DNA of 64,000 nt from Pseudomonadota bacterium (GTDB taxonomy: Bacteria > Pseudomonadota > Alphaproteobacteria > Caulobacterales > Parvularculaceae). Made by a program: the position numbers and the translations under genes. This document shows positions 48,476 to 57,381 of the stretch, piece after piece. The stretch spans positions 55,418 to 119,417 of the forward strand of contig JBCBMW010000004.1 in the NCBI GenBank assembly GCA_039822105.1, written 5' to 3'. Below the pieces are notes generated by a model. That model was given only the letters and a program-made list of their open reading frames with translations, had not been told where the DNA came from and ran no database searches. How positions within the stretch are numbered: the stretch's first letter is position 1; every line of letters begins with the position of its first letter.

Positions 48476-48948
48476 CAGCTGTCGAAGGCCTCGCGGGCGC
48501 ATGTTGGCAGGGGATAGGGGAACTCGGACCAGACATGGAAGAGGTCCATGAGGTGAGCGTACTCATCCAGCACAAGCGCGCCGAACTCGGTGGCCTCGGT
48601 GCCATCGACAGTGACCCCGCCCTCGCCCCGGTCCTCGAGGTCGGTGGACGTCAGTGTGACGTCCCACTGATCGAAATGGATGGTGCGAGAGAACTCTGGG
48701 CTGGACGGCGCGTAGGTGTCGATCACCCACCAATCGCCGTCCTCCGAAGGCCAGTAGAACAACACCGCCGTCGCGACGGGGCTGCATTCGACATAGCTGT
48801 AGTTGAGATGTTGCTCTTCATCGAACACGTCGACGGGGATCCAGGATTCATCGTCGACGCGCCCATACCGATAGATATCACTGGTCACGACGGGTGAGGC
48901 GCAGGCTCCCAAAAAAAGGAGCAGCAGAAGACGATGAGCATGCTGCAT
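48475..48948 (-). CDS. Hypothetical acidic lipoprotein
   Basis: ATG 48948 overlaps the cysK stop. Lipobox LGAC. Stop overlaps the csaA start. No family recognised. Confidence 0.7.
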   Translation of the reverse strand: MQHAHRLLLLLFLGACASPVVTSDIYRYGRVDDESWIPVDVFDEEQHLNYSYVECSPVATAVLFYWPSEDGDWWVIDTYAPSSPEFSRTIHFDQWDVTLTSTDLEDRGEGGVTVDGTEATEFGALVLDEYAHLMDLFHVWSEFPYPLPTCAREAFDS

Positions 48949-49934
48949 CAGACCAGCCAGCTGGGCACCGGCAGGTCTTTTTCCTTGAGGAATGCCGGGT
49001 TGAAGAGTTTCGACTGATAGCGGTTGCCGTAATCGCACAGCACCGTGACGATTGTATGCCCGGGTCCCATTTCTTTCGCGAGCTTGATGGCGCCCGCGAC
49101 ATTGATCCCGGCTGAACCGCCGAGGCACAGTCCTTCTTCAGCCGTCAGGGCAAAGATGATTTCCAAAGCCTCCGCGTCATGGATGCGAAACGCTTGGTCA
49201 AACTCGGCGCCATCAATGTTGGCGGTGATCCGCCCCTGACCGATACCCTCCATGACCGAAGAGCCCTCGGTGGTCAGCTCACCCTTGTGGAACCAGTCAA
49301 AGATCTTGGCGCCATAGGGGTCAGAGATCGCGATCTTGACGTCTTTGCTATACTCTTTGAGCGACAGCGACACCCCCGCCAGGGTGCCCCCGGAGCCGAT
49401 GGCGCAGGTGAAGCCGTCGACTTTTCCCTCCGTGTCCCGCCAAATTTCTGGGCCGGTCGTGCGGATATGCGCTTCGCGGTTGGCGGTGTTATCAAACTGG
49501 TTCGCCCACACCGCATTGTCAGTCTGTTCCGCCAGACGCCGCGAATAGTGAATGTAGTTGTTCTGGTCGGCATAGGGGACGGCGTCGACCTCGATCAGCT
49601 CCCCGCCAAGAAGACGCACCGCGTCCTTCTTCTCCTGGCTTTGGGTCCGCGGCATCACGATTTTGACGTTATAGCCCTTCGCCTTGCCCACCATGCAAAG
49701 CCCGATGCCGGTGTTGCCTGCTGTGCCTTCGACGATCGTGCCGCCTGGCTGCAGCGTCCCGTCACGCTCAGCGGCTTCGACGATGCCGAGGGCCGCCCGG
49801 TCCTTCACCGATTGGCCAGGGTTCAAAAACTCCGCCTTGCCGAGAATGGTGCACCCGGTTTCTTCGGAGGCGCGTTTCAGTTTGATGAGGGGCGTGTTCC
49901 CGATCGCGGAGAGAACAGAAGAATGATGGCTCAT
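48948..49934 (-). CDS. cysK: Cysteine synthase A (O-acetylserine sulfhydrylase)
   Basis: IGNTPLIKL, KAEFLNPGQSVKDRAA, EGTAGNTGIGL, GSGGTLAG, EGIGQGR. ATG 49934. Confidence 0.94.
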   Translation of the reverse strand: MSHHSSVLSAIGNTPLIKLKRASEETGCTILGKAEFLNPGQSVKDRAALGIVEAAERDGTLQPGGTIVEGTAGNTGIGLCMVGKAKGYNVKIVMPRTQSQEKKDAVRLLGGELIEVDAVPYADQNNYIHYSRRLAEQTDNAVWANQFDNTANREAHIRTTGPEIWRDTEGKVDGFTCAIGSGGTLAGVSLSLKEYSKDVKIAISDPYGAKIFDWFHKGELTTEGSSVMEGIGQGRITANIDGAEFDQAFRIHDAEALEIIFALTAEEGLCLGGSAGINVAGAIKLAKEMGPGHTIVTVLCDYGNRYQSKLFNPAFLKEKDLPVPSWLV

Positions 49935-50098
49935 CTGCGCACAATAACCACGCCGGCGCATGCAGCAACACGGGGTTTCCTAAGGCAGGCACGACACTTT
50001 CTTACAAATCATCGTGAAGGCGGTGACGTCGCGCGACAGGCGTGCTGGAACAAGGGGGCGCGGGTTGGGCGTCGTTGATAGCGTCGAGGGACCACAGG

Positions 50099-50635
50099 AT
50101 GATCGATCGCAAGGGCTGGGCTTTGGCCCGTGACATGATGGCCGTAGCCTTGTTCGCTGCGGGTCTTGCTGCCTGCAGCTCTTCTGGAGGAGCGCCGGGT
50201 GGCCGCCAGGCCGCCACGCCTCGGGTCATCGTCGATCCGCTGGCGCTTTTTTATGTTGGTATGGACATGGATGACGACCTGATCGTGACAAGGGCAGAGT
50301 TCCAGGACCGCGCGCCGATCCAGTTTGTCCGCGCTGACACCAATGGCGACAATCACCTGCGCCCGATCGAGCTGTCGGCTTGGGTCGAAGAGGCGATTGG
50401 CACCCGCGATGCGCCCTACGGCATGGGCAGTTTCGACCGCGTCCCTGATGGTAAGGTGACCGAAGACGAGTTCCTCGGCTTCCTGCGCCTCCGCTTCAAC
50501 ATGCTGGACCAAAACGGGGATGGCGAGCTGGCGCGGAGCGAGATTGCTCGCGTGGTGAACCCAGCGGAGGTTAGCCGTCAGCAGGGCGGCCAGAATGGTG
50601 GTCCGCCCGCTGCGAGCCAGCGTCGCAGACGCTAA
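50099..50635 (+). CDS. EF-hand domain lipoprotein
   Basis: Lipobox LAAC. Four EF-hand-like loops DMDDDLIVTRAE, DTNGDNHLRPIE, DRVPDGKVTEDE, DQNGDGELARSE. Confidence 0.82.
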   Translation: MIDRKGWALARDMMAVALFAAGLAACSSSGGAPGGRQAATPRVIVDPLALFYVGMDMDDDLIVTRAEFQDRAPIQFVRADTNGDNHLRPIELSAWVEEAIGTRDAPYGMGSFDRVPDGKVTEDEFLGFLRLRFNMLDQNGDGELARSEIARVVNPAEVSRQQGGQNGGPPAASQRRRR

Positions 50636-50679
50636 AGTCCGGTCTTTTCATTGGCCTCCGCACTCCTTAGGTGCCGGGG

Positions 50680-51837
50680 ATGGATTTGACGCTTCAAGAG
50701 TATGCAGCATCGCTTGAACTCGGCGTGCCGAAAGGTGCCCGGGTGGTTGTCGCGATGTCCGGCGGTGTCGACAGCTCGGTGGCCGCGGCCTTGGTGAAGG
50801 CGGCGGGCTATGATGCTGTGGGCATCACGCTGCAGCTCTATGACCACGGGGTCGCCATCCAGAAAAAGGGCGCCTGCTGCGCTGGTCAGGATATCCACGA
50901 CGCGCGGCAAGTCGCCGACGCCATCGGCATCCCGCACTATGTCCTCGATTACGAAGACCGCTTTTCCGAAAGCGTGATGGAGGACTTCGCGGACACCTAT
51001 CTTGGAGGTGCCACGCCCATCCCTTGCGTCCGGTGCAATCAGACAGTGAAGTTCAAGGATCTGCTGACCACGGCGCGGGACCTTGGCGCGGAGGCTATGG
51101 TCACGGGACACTACATCCGGCGGGAAGAAGGCGCCCACGGCGCTGAGCTTCACCGAGCCGAAGATCCGGGCAAAGATCAAAGCTATTTCCTGTTCGCGAC
51201 GACACGTGAGCAACTCGATTTCCTGCGCTTCCCGCTTGGCACCCTGCCGAAGTCGACAACGCGCGCCTTCGCAGCCGAGATGGGCTTGGAAGTTGCTGAT
51301 AAGCCCGATAGCCAAGACATTTGCTTCGTGCCCGAAGGAAAGTATACTTCCGTTGTCGAGCGACTTCGCCCCGGCGCGTCGGAACCTGGCGAGATCGTGG
51401 ATGAGGAGGGCCATATCCTCGGTCGCCATGCGGGTGTTATTCACTATACGGTGGGTCAACGCCGCGGCCTTGGTGTTGGCGGCCTAGAAGAGCCTCTCTA
51501 TGTCGTGCGCCTTGATGCGGAAAACCGCCGGGTGGTTGTCGGGCGGCAAGAGTCGCTCCTGACACGCCGTGTGCGTCTTAAAGAGCTCAATTGGATCGGC
51601 GACGGCGAAGCCTTGCCGCCTGGCGAGGCATTGCGCGTCAAACTCCGCTCCACGCGTCCGCCAGCTCCCGCAACAACGGGAACGGACGATCGTGGTCCTT
51701 ACATCGACCTCGCCGACCCCGAGGCCGGTGTCGCCCCGGGCCAGGCTTGCGTCTTCTACGCGTCTGAAGGTTCCCGCGTCCTCGGCGGCGGCTGGATCAC
51801 AGCGACAGAAGCCGCGCGGGACGTCGCTGCGGCGTAG
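50680..51837 (+). CDS. mnmA: tRNA-specific 2-thiouridylase MnmA
   Basis: [61 protein letters not shown]. Confidence 0.97.
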   Translation: MDLTLQEYAASLELGVPKGARVVVAMSGGVDSSVAAALVKAAGYDAVGITLQLYDHGVAIQKKGACCAGQDIHDARQVADAIGIPHYVLDYEDRFSESVMEDFADTYLGGATPIPCVRCNQTVKFKDLLTTARDLGAEAMVTGHYIRREEGAHGAELHRAEDPGKDQSYFLFATTREQLDFLRFPLGTLPKSTTRAFAAEMGLEVADKPDSQDICFVPEGKYTSVVERLRPGASEPGEIVDEEGHILGRHAGVIHYTVGQRRGLGVGGLEEPLYVVRLDAENRRVVVGRQESLLTRRVRLKELNWIGDGEALPPGEALRVKLRSTRPPAPATTGTDDRGPYIDLADPEAGVAPGQACVFYASEGSRVLGGGWITATEAARDVAAA

Positions 51838-51871
51838 CAGCAGGCGCCAGTCTACCACTCATATCCTGCTT

Positions 51872-52360
51872 CTAGGAATCGTGGCGCCGGTTCTTCGGCA
51901 CCGAGAATGTATCCCAGTCTTCAAATGGTGACTTCTTGAAAAAGTCAGGACCCGGATCGACGAACCGGGCGAGGAGGCGCTGTGCCCTTTCGTCAAGCTT
52001 ATCGGCTTGCCGTGTCGTGGCCGCGGGCTCTGGCTCCGATGTTGGCGGAGGAGCAGCGACCAACTCTTCGGACTCGATCGCGCGCTCGGCAGGCGCACCA
52101 GTCAGTTCCTCGATCCGGCGCGATACCGCCTCGCGGGCGAGTTCAATGGCGCTGGGGCCATCCGGTCGTTCGGTTGGAGGTTCACGTTCGTCTGAGCAGT
52201 CAACTTGCTCTTCGGCGTCAGGAAACTCCCAGGCCTGGGTGAGCTGTTCGTTCGCTTTCGCCGCGGCGCGGGCAAGACTGCTTCCGAATTCGAGGGCCGA
52301 GCCCATCGTATCCAGCGATTTGCAAAAAAGACTGTACGCGTCGTAATCCTTTTTGGGCAT
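51872..52360 (-). CDS. Hypothetical protein (acidic/Pro-rich, probably largely disordered)
   Basis: 162-aa ATG ORF with GAAGG/GGTG upstream, filling the mnmA-sucC gap. No recognisable domain. Confidence 0.6.
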   Translation of the reverse strand: MPKKDYDAYSLFCKSLDTMGSALEFGSSLARAAAKANEQLTQAWEFPDAEEQVDCSDEREPPTERPDGPSAIELAREAVSRRIEELTGAPAERAIESEELVAAPPPTSEPEPAATTRQADKLDERAQRLLARFVDPGPDFFKKSPFEDWDTFSVPKNRRHDS

Positions 52361-52513
52361 CGAATCACCGCCTTCGGACCCTTATGGAACCTTGAGTTGC
52401 GGCCATCTGCAACTGTGAAGGATTCACGCGGTGTCATGCAGCAACCCTGCCTGTTGAAGCCTTGGGTTGCCGCTGCCATAAGCGGCCCGCACAACGATTG
52501 AAGGACCGCCGCG

Positions 52514-53707
52514 ATGAACATCCACGAGTACCAGGCCAAAGAGCTTTTGAAGTCCTATGGCGCCCCCGTTGCGGGTGGCGCGGTTGTCCTCTCCGCCGAT
52601 GAGGCCGAGGCGAAAGCCAAGGAACTTCCTGGCCCTTTGTGGGTGGTGAAGGCGCAGATCCACGCTGGCGGTCGCGGCAAGGGCCACTTTAAAGAGGCAG
52701 CCGCGGGCGAAAAAGGCGGTGTCCGTCTCGCCAAGTCGGCTGAAGAGGCCGCTGAGCACGCCAAAGCGATGTTCGGCAACACGCTGGTGACCATCCAGAC
52801 GGGCGAAGCCGGCAAACAAGTGAACCGCATCTATTTCGAAGACGGTGCGGATATCGAATCGGAACTCTATCTTTCGGTCCTCGTTGATCGTGCGACCGGC
52901 AAAGTGGCGTTCATCGCGTCCACCGAAGGCGGCATGGACATCGAAGCGGTCGCTGAAGAGACTCCCGAGAAAATCGTCACCGTCACGGTCGAGCCATCGG
53001 AAGGCGTGACCGACGAGGTCGCCAAGAAAATCGTCAGCGGCCTGAAGCTGGAAGGCGTCGGCGCAGAAGACGGCATCGCGCTGATGAAGACGCTCTATAA
53101 AGCCTTCACTGAGAAAGACATGGCCATGCTGGAGATCAACCCGCTGATCGTCATGCCTGACGGCCACCTCCGGGTCCTCGACGCCAAGGTCGGTTTTGAT
53201 CCGAACGCGTCGTTCCGTCACCCAGACATCATGGAGCTTCGCGACCTCACCGAAGAAGACCCTTTCGAGATCAAAGCCTCCGAGTACGATCTTTCTTACG
53301 TCAAGCTCGACGGCACCATTGGCTGCATGGTCAATGGCGCGGGTCTTGCCATGGCGACGATGGACATCATCAAGCATTACGGCGCGGAGCCTGCGAACTT
53401 CCTCGACGTCGGCGGCGGCGCGACCAAAGAGAAGGTGACCGAGGCCTTCAAGATCATCACCTCGGACCCGGGCGTTGAAGGCATCCTCGTCAACATCTTC
53501 GGCGGCATCATGAAATGCGATGTCATCGCGGAAGGCGTGCTCGCCGCAGTCCAAGAGGTCGGCCTCAAGGTTCCGCTCGTCGTTCGTCTCGAAGGCACAA
53601 ATGTCGAGAAAGGCAAAGCGATCATCGACGGTTCTGACCTCGCTGTGATCTCAGCCGACGACCTTGAGGACGCTGCCCAGAAGATCGTGAAAGCGGTTAA
53701 GGGCTAA
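52514..53707 (+). CDS. sucC: Succinate--CoA ligase beta subunit
   Basis: [58 protein letters not shown]. Confidence 0.98.
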   Translation: MNIHEYQAKELLKSYGAPVAGGAVVLSADEAEAKAKELPGPLWVVKAQIHAGGRGKGHFKEAAAGEKGGVRLAKSAEEAAEHAKAMFGNTLVTIQTGEAGKQVNRIYFEDGADIESELYLSVLVDRATGKVAFIASTEGGMDIEAVAEETPEKIVTVTVEPSEGVTDEVAKKIVSGLKLEGVGAEDGIALMKTLYKAFTEKDMAMLEINPLIVMPDGHLRVLDAKVGFDPNASFRHPDIMELRDLTEEDPFEIKASEYDLSYVKLDGTIGCMVNGAGLAMATMDIIKHYGAEPANFLDVGGGATKEKVTEAFKIITSDPGVEGILVNIFGGIMKCDVIAEGVLAAVQEVGLKVPLVVRLEGTNVEKGKAIIDGSDLAVISADDLEDAAQKIVKAVKG

Positions 53708-53710
53708 GGT

Positions 53711-54457
53711 TTGGCCAACGCGACCATTTTTGGGTCTCAGGCGAAAGCCTATCAAGAAGCGCGTCCTGGGTATCCGGGCGCGCTTTTTGATTGGATTGCT
53801 GAGGAAGCGCCTGCGCGCGATGCCGTGTGGGACTGCGCCACTGGTTCGGGGCAGGCGGCCGCCTCGCTCAGCGAGCGGTTCAGCCAGGTCTTCGCCACTG
53901 ACATCAGCGCTGAGCAAATTGGCGCTGCGGTTCAGCGAGCGAACGTTGCCTACAGCGTCGCCCCGGCCGAGGCCTCCGGGCTCGCCGACAGCTCCGTTGA
54001 CGCCATCACCGTGGCGACGGCCCTTCATTGGTTCGATTTTGATCGGTACTGGGACGAAGTTCGCCGCGTCCTGCGCCCAGGAGGCTTTTTTGCGGCATGG
54101 TCCTATGATCACTTCATCTTCGATGATGCAATCGAAGAGGCGTTGATGACGACCTTGCGGCCGATGATCGATCCCTTTTGGAGCGAGGGCAATCGGATCG
54201 CATCGGAGGGTTACAAGGATGCCGATGTGCGGTTTCCGTTTGGTCGGCTCGAGGCCCCGCGCTTCGTCATTGCAGAAGAATGGCCATTGGAGCGTGTACT
54301 GACCTTCGCTGAAAGCTGGTCGGCGACCATGCGGCTCCGCGAAGATCCCGACTCGTCGGCGCAGGTTGATCACCTGATGGCGACCGTGCGTGAGCGTCTT
54401 GAGCCGCGAGCTTATAAAGTGGAGGCTCCGATCCACATGCTGGCCGGGAGGGTCTGA
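53711..54457 (+). CDS. Class I SAM-dependent small-molecule methyltransferase
   Basis: N-terminal F..QAKAY.EARPGYP..LF, motif I VWDCATGSGQAA, TVATALHWFD, LRPGG. TTG start. Confidence 0.9.
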   Translation: MANATIFGSQAKAYQEARPGYPGALFDWIAEEAPARDAVWDCATGSGQAAASLSERFSQVFATDISAEQIGAAVQRANVAYSVAPAEASGLADSSVDAITVATALHWFDFDRYWDEVRRVLRPGGFFAAWSYDHFIFDDAIEEALMTTLRPMIDPFWSEGNRIASEGYKDADVRFPFGRLEAPRFVIAEEWPLERVLTFAESWSATMRLREDPDSSAQVDHLMATVRERLEPRAYKVEAPIHMLAGRV

Positions 54458-54840
54458 TGCCGCCATCCAAAATCAACATCGCTGATGCTGCTGCGGCGCA
54501 GATCACCACGACCTTTGATCCTCACATCGTCGGTGACGTGAACAACGCCCAGGTGAAGGTCGCCAAGTTCGGCCCCGCGTTCGATTGGCACCAACACGAG
54601 AACGAGGACGAGGCGTTCTTCGTCTTGCGCGGGCGCATCGCCATCGATTTCCGTGACGGAGCCGTCGAGCTGGGCGAGGGGGACTTCCTCGTCGTGCCCA
54701 AGACGGTGGAGCACCGGCCGCGCTCTCTCACGGAAGAGCCGATCGTTGTGATGTTCGAACCCGCAACGACGCTCAACACGGGCGATGCGGAGAGCGATCT
54801 GACCGTCGCGGACCTCAAGCGGCTCGCGCCGAGCCCTTGA
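54457..54840 (+). CDS. Cupin domain protein
   Basis: WHQHENEDEAFFVL.G...GEGDFLVVPKTVEHRP cupin motifs. Confidence 0.9.
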   Translation: MPPSKINIADAAAAQITTTFDPHIVGDVNNAQVKVAKFGPAFDWHQHENEDEAFFVLRGRIAIDFRDGAVELGEGDFLVVPKTVEHRPRSLTEEPIVVMFEPATTLNTGDAESDLTVADLKRLAPSP

Positions 54841-54871
54841 GCCGCGCGTCCTTTGTCGCCAAACGGCCCGG

Positions 54872-55543
54872 ATGATTGTCAGTCACGCCCATAAGTTCAT
54901 TTTCCTGCGCACCGAGAAGACCGCCGGCAGCTCTCTGATGAAAGCGCTGCGTGAGATGGCGACGGACCAGGACCTCGTGGCGGATATGTCGCGGCCGCCT
55001 TGGGCGAAGTTCTCACCCATCCATCATGGCGCGTTAAAGCGGAAAATCCCCGATCTTTTCGGCCTTCACGTTCATGCCACCGCGGCGCAGGCGCGGCGGG
55101 TTTTGGGGCCTGAGGTCTTCGACAGCTATTTCAAGTTTGCGGTCGAGCGGAACCCTTGGGATCGGCAGCTTTCGCTTTATATGCACCGCTGCTGGAAGAC
55201 CGGACGTACACCGAATTTTGACCGCGATATTCAATCGATCATTTATCGGTCGACGGAGCATGTCCGGCTCAACAATTTCAACGTCTACGCAATCGACGGC
55301 CAAGTCGTGGCCGATCGCATGCTCCGCTATGAGAGCTTTGATACCGATCTTGAAGCCCTATGGAGCGATCTCGGGATCGAAGCGCCGGAGCTTGGGCGTG
55401 AGCGCGAGTACAACAAAGAGCCGCGTCCGCATTATTCGACTTTCTATACACCAGCGAGCCGCGACCTGATCGGCGGCTGGTACGCCAAAGAGATCGAAGC
55501 GCTCGGCTACAGCTTTGAAGGCCCGCCAAGCGCTGGTGCGTGA
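54872..55543 (+). CDS. Sulfotransferase family 2 protein
   Basis: MIVSHAHKFIFLRTEKTAGSSL (PAPS loop), FAVERNPWDRQLSLY, LRYESF, HYSTFY. Confidence 0.88.
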   Translation: MIVSHAHKFIFLRTEKTAGSSLMKALREMATDQDLVADMSRPPWAKFSPIHHGALKRKIPDLFGLHVHATAAQARRVLGPEVFDSYFKFAVERNPWDRQLSLYMHRCWKTGRTPNFDRDIQSIIYRSTEHVRLNNFNVYAIDGQVVADRMLRYESFDTDLEALWSDLGIEAPELGREREYNKEPRPHYSTFYTPASRDLIGGWYAKEIEALGYSFEGPPSAGA

Positions 55544-55549
55544 GCAGCC

Positions 55550-56143
55550 CTACGCTTCGGCGACGTTAGGGCAGCGCTCGCGACGAATTTGCTCCATCAT
55601 CTTAGGACACTGGCTCATCCGTAGGGCGATCAAGTAGTAGGCAATCGGGGCTGCAAACCAGATCATCAGTGGAAGCGCCGTGAACGGCTTCCCGTCGACC
55701 CAGAAGAGGGCAGGATTCCACGCAGTCATGGTGTATTGCCAACCGGCATCGGCGGAGAGGGCGATCCACTCGATGAGCGCCGCTTGGACCAATCCGTAGG
55801 CGACGAGCAGACCAAGATCGCGGCGCGAGAACGTTTCAAACATCTTGCTCGGCGAAGCGAGTTTCAACATCACAAGTCCGATGAGAAAGAGGCCGCCGTC
55901 CAAGATCGAATGGGTTACCGGCAGCACCAGCGGATGCATCGGATAGGGCGCACCCATCGTCCACATCGGGTCCTCGAGGAACCGAGGCCCCGCGAGGTAG
56001 AGCGGCACTTCCCAGCTGGCGCCGATGAGCATGCCAACCACAAAGAGGCGCCCCAGCGGCACAACAAACCACCGGCGATCCGCAAACTGAACAACGAAGG
56101 CCACGGTGAAAACGGCGAGCAGGATCGAGAGGTCCAGGATCAT
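55550..56143 (-). CDS. Hypothetical polytopic membrane protein
   Basis: About five hydrophobic segments with intramembrane WE, H..LDGG and E...W.Y motifs. AAGGAGG RBS. Confidence 0.75.
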   Translation of the reverse strand: MILDLSILLAVFTVAFVVQFADRRWFVVPLGRLFVVGMLIGASWEVPLYLAGPRFLEDPMWTMGAPYPMHPLVLPVTHSILDGGLFLIGLVMLKLASPSKMFETFSRRDLGLLVAYGLVQAALIEWIALSADAGWQYTMTAWNPALFWVDGKPFTALPLMIWFAAPIAYYLIALRMSQCPKMMEQIRRERCPNVAEA

Positions 56144-56346
56144 GAGATGAGCCTCCTTGGGGACCCCGTCAGCCTATCCGTCAATCGATGACCCTGCCAA
56201 GGGACAGGTGTAGGTGCACGAGGAAAAAGCGGACATTTTGGCCCTAAGGCGCTTTTTGCTGCGACCTGCATGCCTTCAGGGCCCATTGCCGGTTGTGCTC
56301 TGCCGCGGCGCCTTCTATCGAGCGATCGATTTTTAGGAGCGCGCGC

Positions 56347-57258
56347 ATGTCTGTTCTCGTCGACAAGAACACCAAAGTTCTCTGCCAGGGCCTCACCGGC
56401 AAAACTGGCACTTTCCACACCGAGCAAGCGATTGCTTACGGGACCAAGATGGTCGGCGGTGTGGTGCCGGGCAAAGGTGGTCAGACGTGGACCGGCGGCG
56501 GCGCAGCGGAAGGCGCCACGCTCCCTGTCTTTGGCGACATGAAAGAGGCGATGAACGAGACCGGCGCCAATGCCTCGGTCGTTTATGTGCCGCCGAAATT
56601 CGCGGCTGCCTCGATCATCGAAGCCATCGAAGCGGAGATGCCGCTGGTCATCACGATCACCGAGGGCATTCCGGTGCTCGATATGGTGAAAGTCGCTGAC
56701 GCGCTCCAAGGCTCCAAGACGCGCCTCATCGGCCCGAACTGCCCTGGCGTGATCACCCCAGACGAGTGCAAAATCGGCATCATGCCGGGCCACATCCACC
56801 GCCGCGGCTCTGTCGGCATTGTCAGCCGCTCAGGCACCCTGACCTATGAGGCCGTGCACCAGACCACGGCTGCTGGCCTTGGCCAGTCGACCTGCGTCGG
56901 CATTGGCGGTGATCCGGTGAAAGGCACCGACTTCATTGACGTTCTCAAGCTCTTCCTCGACGACGATGAGACCGAGAGCATCATCATGATCGGTGAGATC
57001 GGCGGCAGCGCCGAAGCCGATGCGGCCAAGTTCTTGGCTGAACACCCGGTCAAAAAGCCAACAGTGGGCTTCATTGCAGGTGTCACGGCGCCTCCTGGTC
57101 GCCGTATGGGCCATGCTGGCGCGATTGTGTCCGGCGGCGCTGACACGGCGGAAGCCAAAATTGCTGCAATGAATGAAGCAGGTATCCGCGTTGCCCCGAC
57201 GCCAGCGAGCTTGGGTACGACTCTCGTCTCGCTTCTTAACGATAACGCAGGGGCATAG
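56347..57258 (+). CDS. sucD: Succinate--CoA ligase alpha subunit
   Basis: [49 protein letters not shown] 56347 with AGGAG RBS. Confidence 0.98.
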   Translation: MSVLVDKNTKVLCQGLTGKTGTFHTEQAIAYGTKMVGGVVPGKGGQTWTGGGAAEGATLPVFGDMKEAMNETGANASVVYVPPKFAAASIIEAIEAEMPLVITITEGIPVLDMVKVADALQGSKTRLIGPNCPGVITPDECKIGIMPGHIHRRGSVGIVSRSGTLTYEAVHQTTAAGLGQSTCVGIGGDPVKGTDFIDVLKLFLDDDETESIIMIGEIGGSAEADAAKFLAEHPVKKPTVGFIAGVTAPPGRRMGHAGAIVSGGADTAEAKIAAMNEAGIRVAPTPASLGTTLVSLLNDNAGA

Positions 57259-57381
57259 CGTCTATCGGTATTGCGCCGTCCCTCATGGCCGTTACATAGG
57301 GACGGTAAGGCTTCCGGGCCTTGTTTTCTCCACCACTGCGGTGGCCGGCACCGCCGCAGGCGACCTTAAGGTTTAGCCTCC

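Noticed and set aside
52396-52420. GCAACTGT reminiscent of a cobalamin riboswitch core, with a short AGTTGC/GCAACT hairpin
   Set aside because: The other B12-box elements are absent and the flanking genes are not B12 related.
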